DNA from: Wolbachia endosymbiont of Drosophila innubila
GTDB taxonomy: Bacteria; Pseudomonadota; Alphaproteobacteria; Rickettsiales; Anaplasmataceae
Assembly (NCBI RefSeq): GCF_021378375.1
Contig: NZ_CP076228.1
Location: 180,001 to 212,000, forward strand
Direction: 5' to 3'
DNA: 32,000 bases
The notes under the pieces were generated by a model. That model was not told the DNA's origin, searched no databases, and saw nothing but the letters and a program-made list of their open reading frames with translations. The number at the start of each line of letters is the position of its first letter. Positions within the stretch are counted from its first letter, which is position 1. The position numbers and the translations under genes were made by a program. This document shows, in pieces, positions 1-12,249 of this stretch.

Positions 1-1412
1 GCATCGGCTGTCATACCATCAGATGATGTTACAGCCCTTAAAGCACAAACATATCCATACGTACGACCATCTCCCATAACGCCTACAGTTTTTATTGGTA
101 ATAATACAGCAAAAGCTTGCCATATCTTATCATATAGATCGTAATTTTTCATCGTATTAATATATATTTCATCTACTTCTTGCAATATTTGCACCTTTTC
201 TTTATCGACTTCACTTATAATCCTCACTGCAAGTCCGGGTCCAGGAAATGGATGTTGAAATATTATCTCGTCTGAAAGCCCAATTTCTTTTCCAAGTAGC
301 CTTACCTCATCTTTAAAGAGGTAACGTAAAGGCTCCACTAACTTCAGATTCATCTTTTCTGGCAACCCACCAACATTATGGTGAGACTTAATTGTACTAG
401 TGTTGTCTGAGGCATGCCCTGACTCAACTACATCAGAGTAGATGGTACCTTGCATCAAAAAATCCACATCACCTATTTTTTTTGCTTCTTCTTCAAACAC
501 TTCAATAAAAGTGTTACCGATAATTTTTCGCTTTTCTTCTGGATCAGTTATTCCCTTCAACCTACTCAAAAATAAATTTGATTTATCAACGTAATTTATC
601 GGAATCTCTTTCAACATAGCGATGGTTTGGTTCTTGCGTAACAACCCAGTATCGATAAAAATACAGTTCAATTGTTTTCCTATAGCTTTATGTGTGAGAG
701 CCGCTGCAACGCTTGAATCAACCCCACCACTTACTGCAGCGATTACTTTTTTCTCTCCTACTACATTTTTGATTTTTTCCTTTTGCTCCTCAATAAACGA
801 CTTCATTGTCCAGTCTCTTTTGCAATTTGCAATATCCAAGAAGTTAGAGAGCAATTTACTGCCATTTGTTGTGGGCTTAACCTCAGGATGGAACTGAGTA
901 CAGTAAATCTTCCGCTGTTCGTTGACAATCATTGCAATTGTTTGATTTATCACACCTGATGCGATAACAGTAAACCCCTGTGGTATAGTATCAACACTGT
1001 CCGCATGGTTCATTAATACATCCACTTCAGAATTAACATCCCAGGTATCCTTTACAATGGGGGATTCTTTTAGTATCTTGATTTTAGTTCTACCAAACTC
1101 CTGTTTGAAACTCTCTTTTACTTTTGCTCCAAAATAATGACAAATGAGTTGCTGTCCATAGCATATTCCAAGTATAGGAACGCTTGTTGCCTCATTAAGT
1201 TTTATAATTTCATGTACTACTCTACTTATTTCAGAACAATCATCATTTACAGATTGTGGTCCTCCAGAGAGAATAAACCCATTGAATTTTGATATTGTTT
1301 CAAAACTGATGTTGCTTGGAAATATCTCACAATAAACACCCATTCCTCTTACTTGTCTTGCGATAAGCTGTGTAAACTGTGAACCAAAATCAATAATGGC
1401 AATTGCTGACAA
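1..1412 (-). CDS. guaA: GMP synthase (glutamine-hydrolysing); the C-terminal end runs off the left window edge
   Basis: Absent from the ORF track because no stop lies inside the window. Manual reverse translation from TTG at 1412-1410 (GGAGGAGCAAA just upstream) gives [32 protein letters not shown] (GATase domain). Further on it gives [16 protein letters not shown] (SGGVDS ATP-PPase loop, codon phase checked at 746). At the edge it gives [19 protein letters not shown] (GMPS C-terminal motif, phase checked at 59). Confidence 0.9.
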   Translation of the reverse strand, partial: MSAIAIIDFGSQFTQLIARQVRGMGVYCEIFPSNISFETISKFNGFILSGGPQSVNDDCSEISRVVHEIIKLNEATSVPILGICYGQQLICHYFGAKVKESFKQEFGRTKIKILKESPIVKDTWDVNSEVDVLMNHADSVDTIPQGFTVIASGVINQTIAMIVNEQRKIYCTQFHPEVKPTTNGSKLLSNFLDIANCKRDWTMKSFIEEQKEKIKNVVGEKKVIAAVSGGVDSSVAAALTHKAIGKQLNCIFIDTGLLRKNQTIAMLKEIPINYVDKSNLFLSRLKGITDPEEKRKIIGNTFIEVFEEEAKKIGDVDFLMQGTIYSDVVESGHASDNTSTIKSHHNVGGLPEKMNLKLVEPLRYLFKDEVRLLGKEIGLSDEIIFQHPFPGPGLAVRIISEVDKEKVQILQEVDEIYINTMKNYDLYDKIWQAFAVLLPIKTVGVMGDGRTYGYVCALRAVTSSDGMTAD

Positions 1413-1532
1413 TTTGCTCCTCCATATTATTTAAAATGATATCTGATAATAAAGAAAATAATGGAGTAAGTAAACCAAGACCTGTTTAAAAGCTTTAACG
1501 CGTGGTACAAGTTAGCTATATAGCTAATTTTC

Positions 1533-1833
1533 CTACACCATACCGCTGCGGCGCTAACTAGTAGCGGAATGACAGCAATCTACGTCATACCGCCGCAGTA
1601 TCTCAGCCGCTAACAAGTAGCGGGATTATCTTCATGCTGCCACGAACCGTCATACCACCGCGAACCGTCATACCGCGATTCATTCGCGGTATCTCAGCCG
1701 CTAACAAGAGATCCCGCTAACAAGCAGCGGGATGACGAGGTATAAACTTTATCGTCATGCCACCGCGAACCGTCATACCGCGATTCATTCGCGGTATCTC
1801 GGCCGCTAACAAGTAGCGGGATGACGATTGTCG
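1533..1833. repeat. Cluster of at least 4 tandemly packed copies (two degenerate) of a composite palindromic repeat, called family A here
   Basis: The unit is roughly ggtataaacYttatcgtcatgcc(a/g)ccgcgaaccgtcat-ACCGCGA-ttcat-TCGCGGT-atctc..CCGCTaacaagtAGCGG-gatgacg(a/g)ttgtcg. It has two internal hairpins nested inside an outer cgtcat/atgacg pairing. The same unit recurs at 22741-22910 and 23070-23175, and in truncated form at 19299-19325. Confidence 0.8.
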
Positions 1834-1834
1834 T

Positions 1835-2127
1835 TTAGCCATAAATATTTAAGAAATTTACCAAATGAAAAAAAAGGCAAAAGAAGCCCCGTAATTGGCT
1901 AATTACTTACATTATACTTTCAAGTATGGCGTTTTTTTATTCTAAACGCTTAATAACCGCGACTCAGCTGCTTTTAAATGCAACTAACCTTAGCTATAAA
2001 TGTTTAAGAAATTTACTAAACAGAAAAAAAGGCAAAAGAAACCCTAGGGTAGCTAGTTATTCACTATCCATTTTTTAAGTTGGCGTTTTTTTATGTTTTA
2101 AACGCTTTATAAGCGCGTTTCAGCTTA
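1835..2127. repeat. Two diverged tandem copies of a ~155-bp non-coding unit
   Basis: Copy A starts with ttagccataaatatttaagaaatttaccaaatgaaaaaaaaggcaaaagaagcccc (1835). Copy B starts with ttagctataaatgtttaagaaatttactaaacagaaaaaaaggcaaaagaaaccc (1990). Both contain a gcgttt(N9-10)aaacgc hairpin followed by ..gcg..tcagct. Similarity fades after about 2127. Confidence 0.7.
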
Positions 2128-2355
2128 TGTAGGTAGAAGTTTTATAAAGACATAAGGTGCACATAGTGCAAAAAATTAAACATGAGACGCCAGATACGTG
2201 AGTTTTTTTGTCATTTAATCTGTACAGAGAAGATAAATAAATAGCTTCAATTTTATGATAAGAGGGCTGGCGGAGTTTGTCAAGGAAGTTTTTTCGTTTC
2301 TATTCCCAATAAAAGTGCGTTATATGGTTATGCAAGAAGTCTATTTACCCATTTG

Positions 2356-2390
2356 CTTAACTTTCTCTCTACTTTTTCTGAGTAAGGCCG
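2356..2390. mobile_element. Solo terminal inverted repeat of the IS3-family element seen at 13196-14342
   Basis: cttaactttctctctactttttctgagtaaggcc matches the IS right end at 14309-14342 (cttaactttctctctactttttctgggtaaggtca) with about 2 mismatches. Sequence to its left does not resemble the IS interior. It ends 1 nt before the nrdA stop codon (2391-2393). Confidence 0.6.
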
Positions 2391-4175
2391 CTATTGGCAT
2401 GACAGACATTCATCGTAGTCAATATCTGTTTTTTGTTGCAATATTTCACTTTTTTTGAATATGTCATGCGAGACCTTATCGGCTCTCTGCATTGATTGTG
2501 ATCTGCAGTAATATAAGCTCTTCAATCCTTTTTTCCAAGCAAGCATGTGTATTTTGTGCAAGTAACGTTTATGTACGTTGGCAGGTAAGAACAGATTTAC
2601 TGATTGAGATTGACAAATATACGAAGTTCTATCACTTGCATGTTCTATAATCCATCTTTGGTCAAGCTCGTACGCTGTTTTAAATGTCAATTTTTCATGC
2701 TCACTAAGAAAATCTAAATGCTGAACGGAACCCTCGTTTGTTGAAATTGAAGACCATATTTTATCATTGTCTTGATTTTTTTCTGCTAATAGTTTTTGCA
2801 AGAATTTATTTCGCACTACAAATGAGCCTGTAAGTGTCTTTTGTATGAATACGTTTGCTGCGTATGGTTCTATTCCAGGGGAGGTATTACCTGCAATAAT
2901 GGAGATCGAGGCAGTAGGAGCAATAGCGAGTTTGTGTGTAAACCTTTCCATTAGATCAACTTCTTTGGCATCAGAACATGCTCCCTTTTCTTCTGCTAAT
3001 TTTTTAGAAACTATATCTGCTTGCTCGCGTAAATACTTAAATATTTTTTTATTCCATTGTTGTGCTGTTACTGATTCAAAAGGAACCATTTTGCTTTGTA
3101 AAAATGAGTGAAAGCCCATCACACCAAGACCAATACTGCGTTCTCTGGCTGCAGAATATTTTGCTCGCTGCATTTCATTCGGTGCTTTATTTATGAAATC
3201 TTCCAATACATTATCAAGAAAGCGCATTATATCTTCTATGAAGAGTTTATTGTCTTTCCATTCTTCGTAGTACTCAAGGTTTACGGATGATAGACAACAC
3301 ACAGCAGTGCGTGACTTATTCAGGTGATCATAACCTGTGGTTAAAGTTATTTCACTGCATAGATTTGACATCTTGATGTCTAAGTTGAGCTTTTTGTAAG
3401 ATTCTGGCTTATTGTTATTTGTTGCATCAAGGAAAATAATGTAAGGTTCTCCAGTTTCAACTCTTGCTGTTAATATTTTGATCCATATATCCCGCGCTTT
3501 TACAGTTGAAATAACCTTATTGTTGTGAGGGCTTATTAAATTCCATTCTTGATCATTCTCAACAGCCTGCATAAATTTATCTGTTATTATTACAGCATGA
3601 TGTATATTTAACGCTTTGCGATTTGGGTCACCGCCTGTTGGCTTGCGTAAATCTAGAAACTCTTCTATCTCCGGATGAGATACAGGAAGGTAGACTGCTG
3701 AACTTCCTCGCCTTAGGGATCCCTGACTAATTGCAAGTGTTAGAGCATTTTGCACTACAATAAATGGAACAATTCCTGATGTTTTGCCGCTACCCTTTAC
3801 GCTTTCGCCTATTGAGCGTAAATTTCCCCAATAACTACCTATGCCTCCTCCACGTGCAGCAAGCCAAACATTTTCGTTCCATAGATCAACTATTCCCTGC
3901 AAGCTGTCTTCGGTTTCATTAAGAAAGCAAGAGATAGGTAACCCTCTCTTAGTGCCACCATTGCTGAGTATTGGTGTTGAAGGCATGAACCACAAGTTGC
4001 TCATGTAGTCATAAAGACGCTGCGCATGTTCTTTATTATCAGAATAGTAATTAGCAATACGTGCAAAGAGGTCTTGATAACTTTCATTTTCTATTAAATA
4101 CCTGTCTGATAGAACTGCTTTTCCAAAGTCGGTTAATTTGCTGTCCTTTGCGTAATTAATGGTAATGTTATTCAT
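2391..4175 (-). CDS. nrdA: Ribonucleoside-diphosphate reductase alpha subunit (class I), short form without an N-terminal ATP-cone
   Basis: The 594-aa ORF contains the catalytic SNLCSEITL motif (Cys/Glu pair), the C-terminal CLSCQ redox cysteine pair and PSTPILSNGGT. The N-terminus starts directly in the ...SDRYL... region. Confidence 0.95.
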   Translation of the reverse strand: MNNITINYAKDSKLTDFGKAVLSDRYLIENESYQDLFARIANYYSDNKEHAQRLYDYMSNLWFMPSTPILSNGGTKRGLPISCFLNETEDSLQGIVDLWNENVWLAARGGGIGSYWGNLRSIGESVKGSGKTSGIVPFIVVQNALTLAISQGSLRRGSSAVYLPVSHPEIEEFLDLRKPTGGDPNRKALNIHHAVIITDKFMQAVENDQEWNLISPHNNKVISTVKARDIWIKILTARVETGEPYIIFLDATNNNKPESYKKLNLDIKMSNLCSEITLTTGYDHLNKSRTAVCCLSSVNLEYYEEWKDNKLFIEDIMRFLDNVLEDFINKAPNEMQRAKYSAARERSIGLGVMGFHSFLQSKMVPFESVTAQQWNKKIFKYLREQADIVSKKLAEEKGACSDAKEVDLMERFTHKLAIAPTASISIIAGNTSPGIEPYAANVFIQKTLTGSFVVRNKFLQKLLAEKNQDNDKIWSSISTNEGSVQHLDFLSEHEKLTFKTAYELDQRWIIEHASDRTSYICQSQSVNLFLPANVHKRYLHKIHMLAWKKGLKSLYYCRSQSMQRADKVSHDIFKKSEILQQKTDIDYDECLSCQ

Positions 4176-4203
4176 AAAGTTCCTTTTATTCTTTTATTAT
4201 ATA

Positions 4204-4237
4204 TAGGTACTTAAAAGTCATAGGTACTTAAAAGTCA
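4204..4237. repeat. Perfect 17-bp tandem direct repeat (2 copies) in the nrdA 5' region
   Basis: taggtacttaaaagtca occurs at 4204-4220 and again at 4221-4237, which is 29-62 nt upstream of the nrdA ATG (4175, minus strand). On the coding strand it is followed by TATATAAT. Confidence 0.8.
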
Positions 4238-4250
4238 TTTTGAGCGATTT

Positions 4251-5282
4251 TTAAGTTAGGTTTTTCGGATTTTTTTGTTGATGCTGTAATGCAAACAAGA
4301 TACCGTCAACCTGACTGCCATATATTTTACAGTAACTCATATAACTTATTTGCATATTTATTTCTTTTGCAACATGTTGAACATAACTTTCTGAGTGACG
4401 AAAATAGTCTCCTTTGTTTACAAAGTCAATACCTTCACCTTCCTTTCTTCTTATTAAACATACAATAATTCCTTTTTTGCTCGTAGATCTTTTTGCTAAT
4501 TCCAACTCTTCTTGAAAGTCATGTAGATAATGTAGCACTTCAGCAAAGATAATTACATCATACTGCTGGTTTTTCTCTTGTTTAAGAAACTCTTTCATTT
4601 CCATATGTATTAATTCATTGTAAACAGGCTTACCTTTTATAAAGCATCCTCTTGCGATATTTAGCATTCTACTTGAAATGTCAATTCCTGTTATATGGTT
4701 TCCAATACTATTTATTTTCAAGAAATGACCACATATTCCAGTTCCACAACCAAGGTCGAGTATATTGAGCTCAGAAGTGGAGTTGTTGAAGATTTTTGTA
4801 ATTATCATGTGTACAAGTTCATGCCCTCTATATTGTTTGGCAATCAACCAATGCTCAACAAAATATTCACCTGTGTAATCAAAATATTGTCTTATGAGGT
4901 TTTTTGGCAATTCTGTAATAGGCGCTGAGTTTGTCATTTTTTTTATATAGTAAGACGCCTCCTCGTGGTCATTATCTAATTTTAGTGCCCTTGTTAAATA
5001 ATTATAAGCTTTGTTAGTATTCCCTACCGCAAAATGACACCTTCCGATGTTATACCAGACTATAGGTAAATGGGGGTAAAATATGCTAATTAACCAAAAT
5101 CGTAACTTTGCATCTGATATGCTATCCTTATAAAAGTGATGTAAACCGATTTCAATGTTGGTGTTTAACAGGTTCTTAGATTTTTTAAGAAGCACTGTCA
5201 TTTCTTTATGAAGAGTATTATATTTATTCACAATGAAGTGTTTTACTTTCTTAATATTTAATACGCCAATGAGCTTAGACAT
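4251..5282 (-). CDS. TPR-like N-terminal region fused to a class I SAM-dependent methyltransferase domain
   Basis: The 343-aa ORF has SAM motif I ILDLGCGTGICGHF and a downstream acidic/hydrophobic motif YDVIIFAEVLHYL. The N-terminal part (WYNIGRCHFAVGNTNKAYNYLTRALKLDNDHEEA) looks TPR-like. Confidence 0.7.
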   Translation of the reverse strand: MSKLIGVLNIKKVKHFIVNKYNTLHKEMTVLLKKSKNLLNTNIEIGLHHFYKDSISDAKLRFWLISIFYPHLPIVWYNIGRCHFAVGNTNKAYNYLTRALKLDNDHEEASYYIKKMTNSAPITELPKNLIRQYFDYTGEYFVEHWLIAKQYRGHELVHMIITKIFNNSTSELNILDLGCGTGICGHFLKINSIGNHITGIDISSRMLNIARGCFIKGKPVYNELIHMEMKEFLKQEKNQQYDVIIFAEVLHYLHDFQEELELAKRSTSKKGIIVCLIRRKEGEGIDFVNKGDYFRHSESYVQHVAKEINMQISYMSYCKIYGSQVDGILFALQHQQKNPKNLT

Positions 5283-5519
5283 ACAATTTAAAGCAACGTT
5301 TTTATAAAAGAGAGATTACTTTTCATACGTTAGAAATACTCCGAATGTTTATTATCATTTTTAGGCAATTGATTTTAACACATTTTATCTTACAAAATAT
5401 CTTTTTTATTAATTTTTACTGTATATATAAGTTTACCACATATTTCTCAGATTATACTGTTTAGGATTGCTAGTATATTGTTGTTGATAATATAAGTAAA
5501 TGTTTTGTGCAAAAAGGCG

Positions 5520-5548
5520 TTGACATATTATTTATTAGGTTATAACAT
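5520..5548 (+). promoter_or_regulatory. Candidate sigma70-type rRNA promoter P1
   Basis: TTGACA (5520-5525), a 17-nt spacer, then TAACAT (5543-5548, TAnnnT). It lies about 115 nt upstream of the 23S 5' end. Confidence 0.3.
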
Positions 5549-5576
5549 ATAAAAGATTAATTTAGTTTTTAGATGT

Positions 5577-5605
5577 TTGACAAGTTTTATGGTAGAGATT
5601 AATTT
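5577..5605 (+). promoter_or_regulatory. Candidate sigma70-type rRNA promoter P2
   Basis: TTGACA (5577-5582), a 17-nt spacer, then TAATTT (5600-5605, TAnnnT). It lies about 60 nt upstream of the 23S 5' end. Confidence 0.3.
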
Positions 5606-5662
5606 AATCTCAATTCAATTTTAATAATATTTAACTCTGCATATTCTGCATATAGTCGGATA

Positions 5663-8427
<2,765 letters not shown>

Positions 8428-8493
8428 TTTCTATATGTGTGTATGCAGTGTTAAATATTAAGTTAAAATTGTTAAGTTAGAAATTTTTATTGA

Positions 8494-8600
8494 CTTGGTG
8501 GCTATAGCAAAAATGAACCACCCGATCTCATCTCGAACTCGGAAGTGAAACTTTTTAGCGCTGATGGTACTTGAAAAGGGAGAGTAGGTCGCCGCCAAGT
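8494..8600 (+). rRNA. rrf: 5S ribosomal RNA
   Basis: cttggtggc...gccgccaag forms the terminal helix. The internal sequence is CCACCCGATCTCATCTCGAACTCGGAAGTGAAAC...GAGAGTAGGTCGCCGCCAAG. It lies about 65 nt downstream of the 23S. Confidence 0.9.
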
Positions 8601-8685
8601 TTATAAAAATTTCTTTGTTAATTAGACAGTAGGTATACTTATATTTTAACTTTCTTGTTTTGTTACTATTCTTTAAGTTTTTACT

Positions 8686-8949
8686 TTAACTACGATATCT
8701 TTTTTTTCTTATATGTTCTTGGTCATTTTCTACATTATTTAGCATTGTTCCTACTTCCCCTAATTGATTCCCTTTTGAAGGAGAATTACTGACTTCTGGT
8801 AATATTACATTACCTCCCACTTTTTTAAATAATTCTTCTTGTTGGCGAAATGCTGACCTCCAATCTGTTCCTGTTCCTTTAGGAAGAAATAAGAATTGAT
8901 ACATCTGACCAAAGCCTGTGTTATTTACCTCTTTTATATGCTCTACCAT
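8686..8949 (-). CDS. Hypothetical small protein (87 aa), no recognisable motif
   Basis: An open frame of 87 codons in an AT-rich context, co-directional with rpmH-rnpA and 85 nt downstream of rnpA. No conserved motif was recognised. It lacks the Cys pattern of YidD. Confidence 0.35.
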   Translation of the reverse strand: MVEHIKEVNNTGFGQMYQFLFLPKGTGTDWRSAFRQQEELFKKVGGNVILPEVSNSPSKGNQLGEVGTMLNNVENDQEHIRKKRYRS

Positions 8950-9034
8950 TCACCACACCCATTAACTATTTTTAAAAATTTTACCTATATTATCATAAAA
9001 AATATAGTTGTAAATACCTTAATTGAGATTTTTT

Positions 9035-9387
9035 TTATTTTATCTTTTTTAAGCAAATAGTTAGATCTTTTTGTAAATTTTTATAACTTGCTTGCATAAT
9101 GTTTCTATGAGTTAGTATTATGTAGTAGTGCCCTATATTACTTATATTTAAAATGCTAATTTTAGCAAGCATTCGTAGTTGCCTTTTTATTTTATTTCTT
9201 TTTGCTGCTTTTCCGGTTTTTTTACTGATAGCCAGACCTACTCTAATAGTATGAATGTACTTTTCAGGTTCTCTTTCTTTTATAGCGTACAGTGATATAT
9301 AAAGCCCACGATAAAAAAGACTGTTGAGTGCTAACTTATTTTTGAAAGCAGAAGAAAAATCTTTTTTTTTATACTTACTATGCGCAT
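9035..9387 (-). CDS. rnpA: Ribonuclease P protein component; the body is out of frame with the only plausible ATG, across an A9 tract
   Basis: Manual translation gives ..[111 protein letters not shown] (Rnp[11 protein letters not shown] motif), with the stop at 9035-9037. This frame has no ATG/GTG/TTG after an upstream TAG. An ATG at 9387-9385 (ATGCGCATAGTAAGTAT-A9) is one nucleotide out of phase. Confidence 0.7.
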
Positions 9388-9512
9388 AATTTGTTACACC
9401 CTAATGAACGGCGCCTATTAAGGATTTTTCTTCCAGCTCTTGTTGCCATACGTGAACGAAATCCGTGTCTGCGCTTTCTTATCAAATTTTTTGGTTGAAA
9501 TGTTCTCTTCAT
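9378..9512 (-). CDS. rpmH: 50S ribosomal protein L34
   Basis: Below the ORF-track size cutoff. Manual translation gives [44 protein letters not shown] (44 aa), the canonical L34 sequence pattern. Confidence 0.9.
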   Translation of the reverse strand: MKRTFQPKNLIRKRRHGFRSRMATRAGRKILNRRRSLGCNKLCA

Positions 9513-9604
9513 TGTTTTTATATTAATATAATTATTTATTTTAAATTGTTTTACTTTATTGTCAAATAATGGTGAACTTGTATGACATTTTCGTAGAATA
9601 AAAT

Positions 9605-10708
9605 TTGATGCATGGAAGAATGAATTCGGTGATAGTCATACCTGTCTTACTAATCCTTTTATTTTGTTTTAGTAGGTTTCAAGAAGTAAATAAGGTTAAA
9701 TCTTATCTATATCTTAGTTGTGTATGGATGCTAACTTGGTTGTTAGTATTCTATAATAATTGTTTTGTAACTTTTATTTCTATAGCGTTACTTTTTTTCA
9801 TGCTTGCTTTTATCTTTAAAAATAAAAGAAATAAGATAATAAAACTTTCGTTATTTGTGGCTTTGGCCATATCATTTTTTATCACTTTATTTATAATGCT
9901 GTCTATTTTTATTCAATCCATTAGTTTTTTTAATAAAGTAGCTATTTCAGAATTCTTGTTTTGCTTGAAATGGGGCCACAATGTAGTCACTATCAATGAA
10001 GAGAAGATAGGATGTTTTGGTATAGCGCCGCTTTTAGTTGGTACATTACTTATAACTATTATAGCAATGTTAGTTGTCGTTCCGCTTGGTTTATTTTCTG
10101 CAATATATATTAGTGAATATGCGAGTGAGAAAGTGCGTTATATTGTTAATACAACTTTGCAAGTTTTGTCTGCTATTCCTACGGTTGTATATGGATATTT
10201 CGCGGTTGTGTTTTTGTCTTTCTTTATAAAGCAGGTAGCAAATTTTTTTGGTTTAAGTATACACTCAGAAAGTGCCTTAGTTGCCGGTTTATCGATTGGG
10301 ATAATGATTCTTCCTTTTATTATTTCTTTACTCGAAGATGCCATAAGATCTGTTCCAAAAAGCTTGCGTTATGGCTTCATGGCACTTGGTGCAACTCCAG
10401 CGGAAACTATATGGCATATAACAATACCTTATGCAATGCCTACAATTTTAAGTGCAATTTTATTGTCAATTTCAAGAGTGATAGGTGAAACAATGATTGT
10501 GCTAATGGCTGTGGGAATCAACGCAAATTTGACTTTTAACCCTCTTAATTCAGTTACTACCATTACCGTGCAGATCGCTACATTACTTACCGGAGATCAG
10601 GATTTCAATAGTGTACAAACTCTTGCTGCTTATGCGCTTAGTTTAGTATTGTTTATTATTACTTGGCTATTAAATGCATTTGCATTGTTTGTAATGAAGC
10701 GTAACTAG
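9605..10708 (+). CDS. pstC: Phosphate ABC transporter permease, PstC-like, with a long hydrophobic N-terminal extension
   Basis: [38 protein letters not shown] and [44 protein letters not shown] match the PstC permease architecture (GETM.V type EAA region). The start is uncertain (TTG 9605, ATG 9608 or further downstream). Confidence 0.75.
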   Translation: MMHGRMNSVIVIPVLLILLFCFSRFQEVNKVKSYLYLSCVWMLTWLLVFYNNCFVTFISIALLFFMLAFIFKNKRNKIIKLSLFVALAISFFITLFIMLSIFIQSISFFNKVAISEFLFCLKWGHNVVTINEEKIGCFGIAPLLVGTLLITIIAMLVVVPLGLFSAIYISEYASEKVRYIVNTTLQVLSAIPTVVYGYFAVVFLSFFIKQVANFFGLSIHSESALVAGLSIGIMILPFIISLLEDAIRSVPKSLRYGFMALGATPAETIWHITIPYAMPTILSAILLSISRVIGETMIVLMAVGINANLTFNPLNSVTTITVQIATLLTGDQDFNSVQTLAAYALSLVLFIITWLLNAFALFVMKRN

Positions 10709-10764
10709 TAAGCGTTTTAATGTTGCAAAATTTCTATTAATAATATAAAATTTATTTTCTTTAG

Positions 10765-12237
<1,473 letters not shown>

Positions 12238-12249
12238 AAGTTAAAGATT

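Noticed and set aside
622-897. 91-aa plus-strand ORF from the track
   Set aside because: It lies entirely antisense to the guaA coding frame, which is strongly supported by motifs. It is low-complexity and is a shadow ORF.
1533-1833. Possible CRISPR array (regularly recurring palindromic repeats), also considered for 22741-23175
   Set aside because: The units abut one another or are separated by other repeat families rather than by unique, similarly sized spacers. The units are ~70-105 nt with internal nested hairpins, the copies are diverged, and no cas genes are present in the window.
2255-2458. 67-aa plus-strand ORF
   Set aside because: It spans non-coding sequence and the solo IS TIR and then runs antisense into the nrdA 3' end. 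It has no motif or RBS support.
2845-3290. Two plus-strand ORFs (88 aa and 60 aa) inside nrdA
   Set aside because: They are antisense shadow ORFs within a well-supported essential gene.
4204-4237. NrdR boxes upstream of nrdA
   Set aside because: The elements are direct, not palindromic, repeats. They do not resemble the NrdR-box consensus, and they abut each other instead of being spaced ~31-32 nt apart.
8686-8949. YidD (membrane protein insertion efficiency factor), which commonly follows rnpA
   Set aside because: The 87-aa product lacks the conserved Cys/Pro-rich YidD motif (..ISP...CRF.PTCS..). It is kept only as a hypothetical ORF.
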